Source of the DNA: Owenia fusiformis
Taxonomy: Eukaryota
NCBI GenBank assembly: GCA_903813345.2
Contig: CAIIXF020000001.1
Location: 6,138,001 to 6,202,000, forward strand
DNA length: 64,000 nucleotides
Direction: 5' to 3'
This document shows positions 63,190-64,000 of the stretch, piece after piece. Under the pieces are notes generated by a model. That model was not told where the DNA came from, ran no database searches, and saw only the letters and a list, made by a program, of their open reading frames with translations. A program made the translations under genes and the position numbers. Positions within the stretch are counted from its first letter, which is position 1. Each line of letters starts with the position of its first letter.

Positions 63190-64000
63190 CTTAAACACAA
63201 TTTGTATTATATAAATAACGTTTGACAAAATGATTATGCATAACAAGCGTAATATTAATTAGTTTCTTTTTTCTGTCATCCATGTAAATAAGATATGATG
63301 ACAAGTATGGTTATGTCGCATTGACATTGGCACTGATTGCTGGGGGCAATTTACATACTGTATAATTGCAAATTGCCATTTACCAGTTTAAATAAACATT
63401 TTCTTGATAGTTGCATCAGCTGGTGGGTGAATTGTTAGTGTCTATTACCTGCTCGTGAGTTGATTTCTGAATTAGCCCCGAATCATGATATTATTCCTAT
63501 AGTCACTTTCGATGATACAATTAATGCGTATGGTTATATCACGAGAAGGTCAACAAAATATATTCATTTACCTATTCGTTCATAGTCAACATTAGTCTTG
63601 AAAAAGCTTGATGGGAATTTCTAGTAATTGGAGCTTGTTAATCCCAAGCAAAGAAGTATTTTTTCAAGTTTTGACACTTGGGGGAAGGTTGGCACCAAAG
63701 TTTATTGATGGGTCAAGTTATATTTCTTAATGCTATATAGGGCCAGGATTACAGAGAAAGACTTTTTAATCACTGTTCCACAGCAGGAGGACTCTAACAG
63801 CAGTTAGCGTCATTCAAGATGGTTGCCGAAATTCTTTTAGTTTTCGATAAACCTCCGACTTCAGTTAAACCAAGCTGAATCTGGATTCCAAAAGTTTCGC
63901 CATGCAAACTACTAAAGTTATGATTTTAAACAATCACAAATAAAGGCTCAAACACCCGCAATATTGGAGAATTTTAAAGAATGACTCTAACTGAAATTGG

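Overview
AT-rich, intron-rich animal genomic DNA (marine-invertebrate/lophotrochozoan-like; the taxon is inference only). I reconstructed five spliced genes by reading GT/GC-AG junctions and checking exon phase. (1) Minus strand, <166-8599: a secreted protein with signal peptide + PLAT/LH2 domain + a tandem array of thrombospondin type-1 (TSP1) exons, 3' end outside the window, with an ATG split by an intron. (2) Plus strand, 10099-15384: a MOSPD2-like protein containing only the CRAL-TRIO domain. (3) Plus strand, 19922-24638: an SLC3/rBAT-like amino-acid transporter heavy chain. (4) Minus strand, 24941-27022: an orphan single-pass membrane protein. (5) The standout, minus strand, 28248->63189 with its 5' end outside the window: at least 49 tiny coding exons (18-159 nt), all phase 0 and all multiples of 3, nearly invisible to the ORF track. 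They encode ~830 aa of Glu/Lys-rich sequence in which the motif F-[KR]3-4-x1-2-W|[DE][DE]S is assembled across an exon junction 19 out of 19 times. Introns and intergenic DNA are full of MITEs, decayed Tc1/mariner elements, P-like and Transib-like elements, LINE fragments and micro/minisatellites. No RNA genes or CRISPR arrays were seen.
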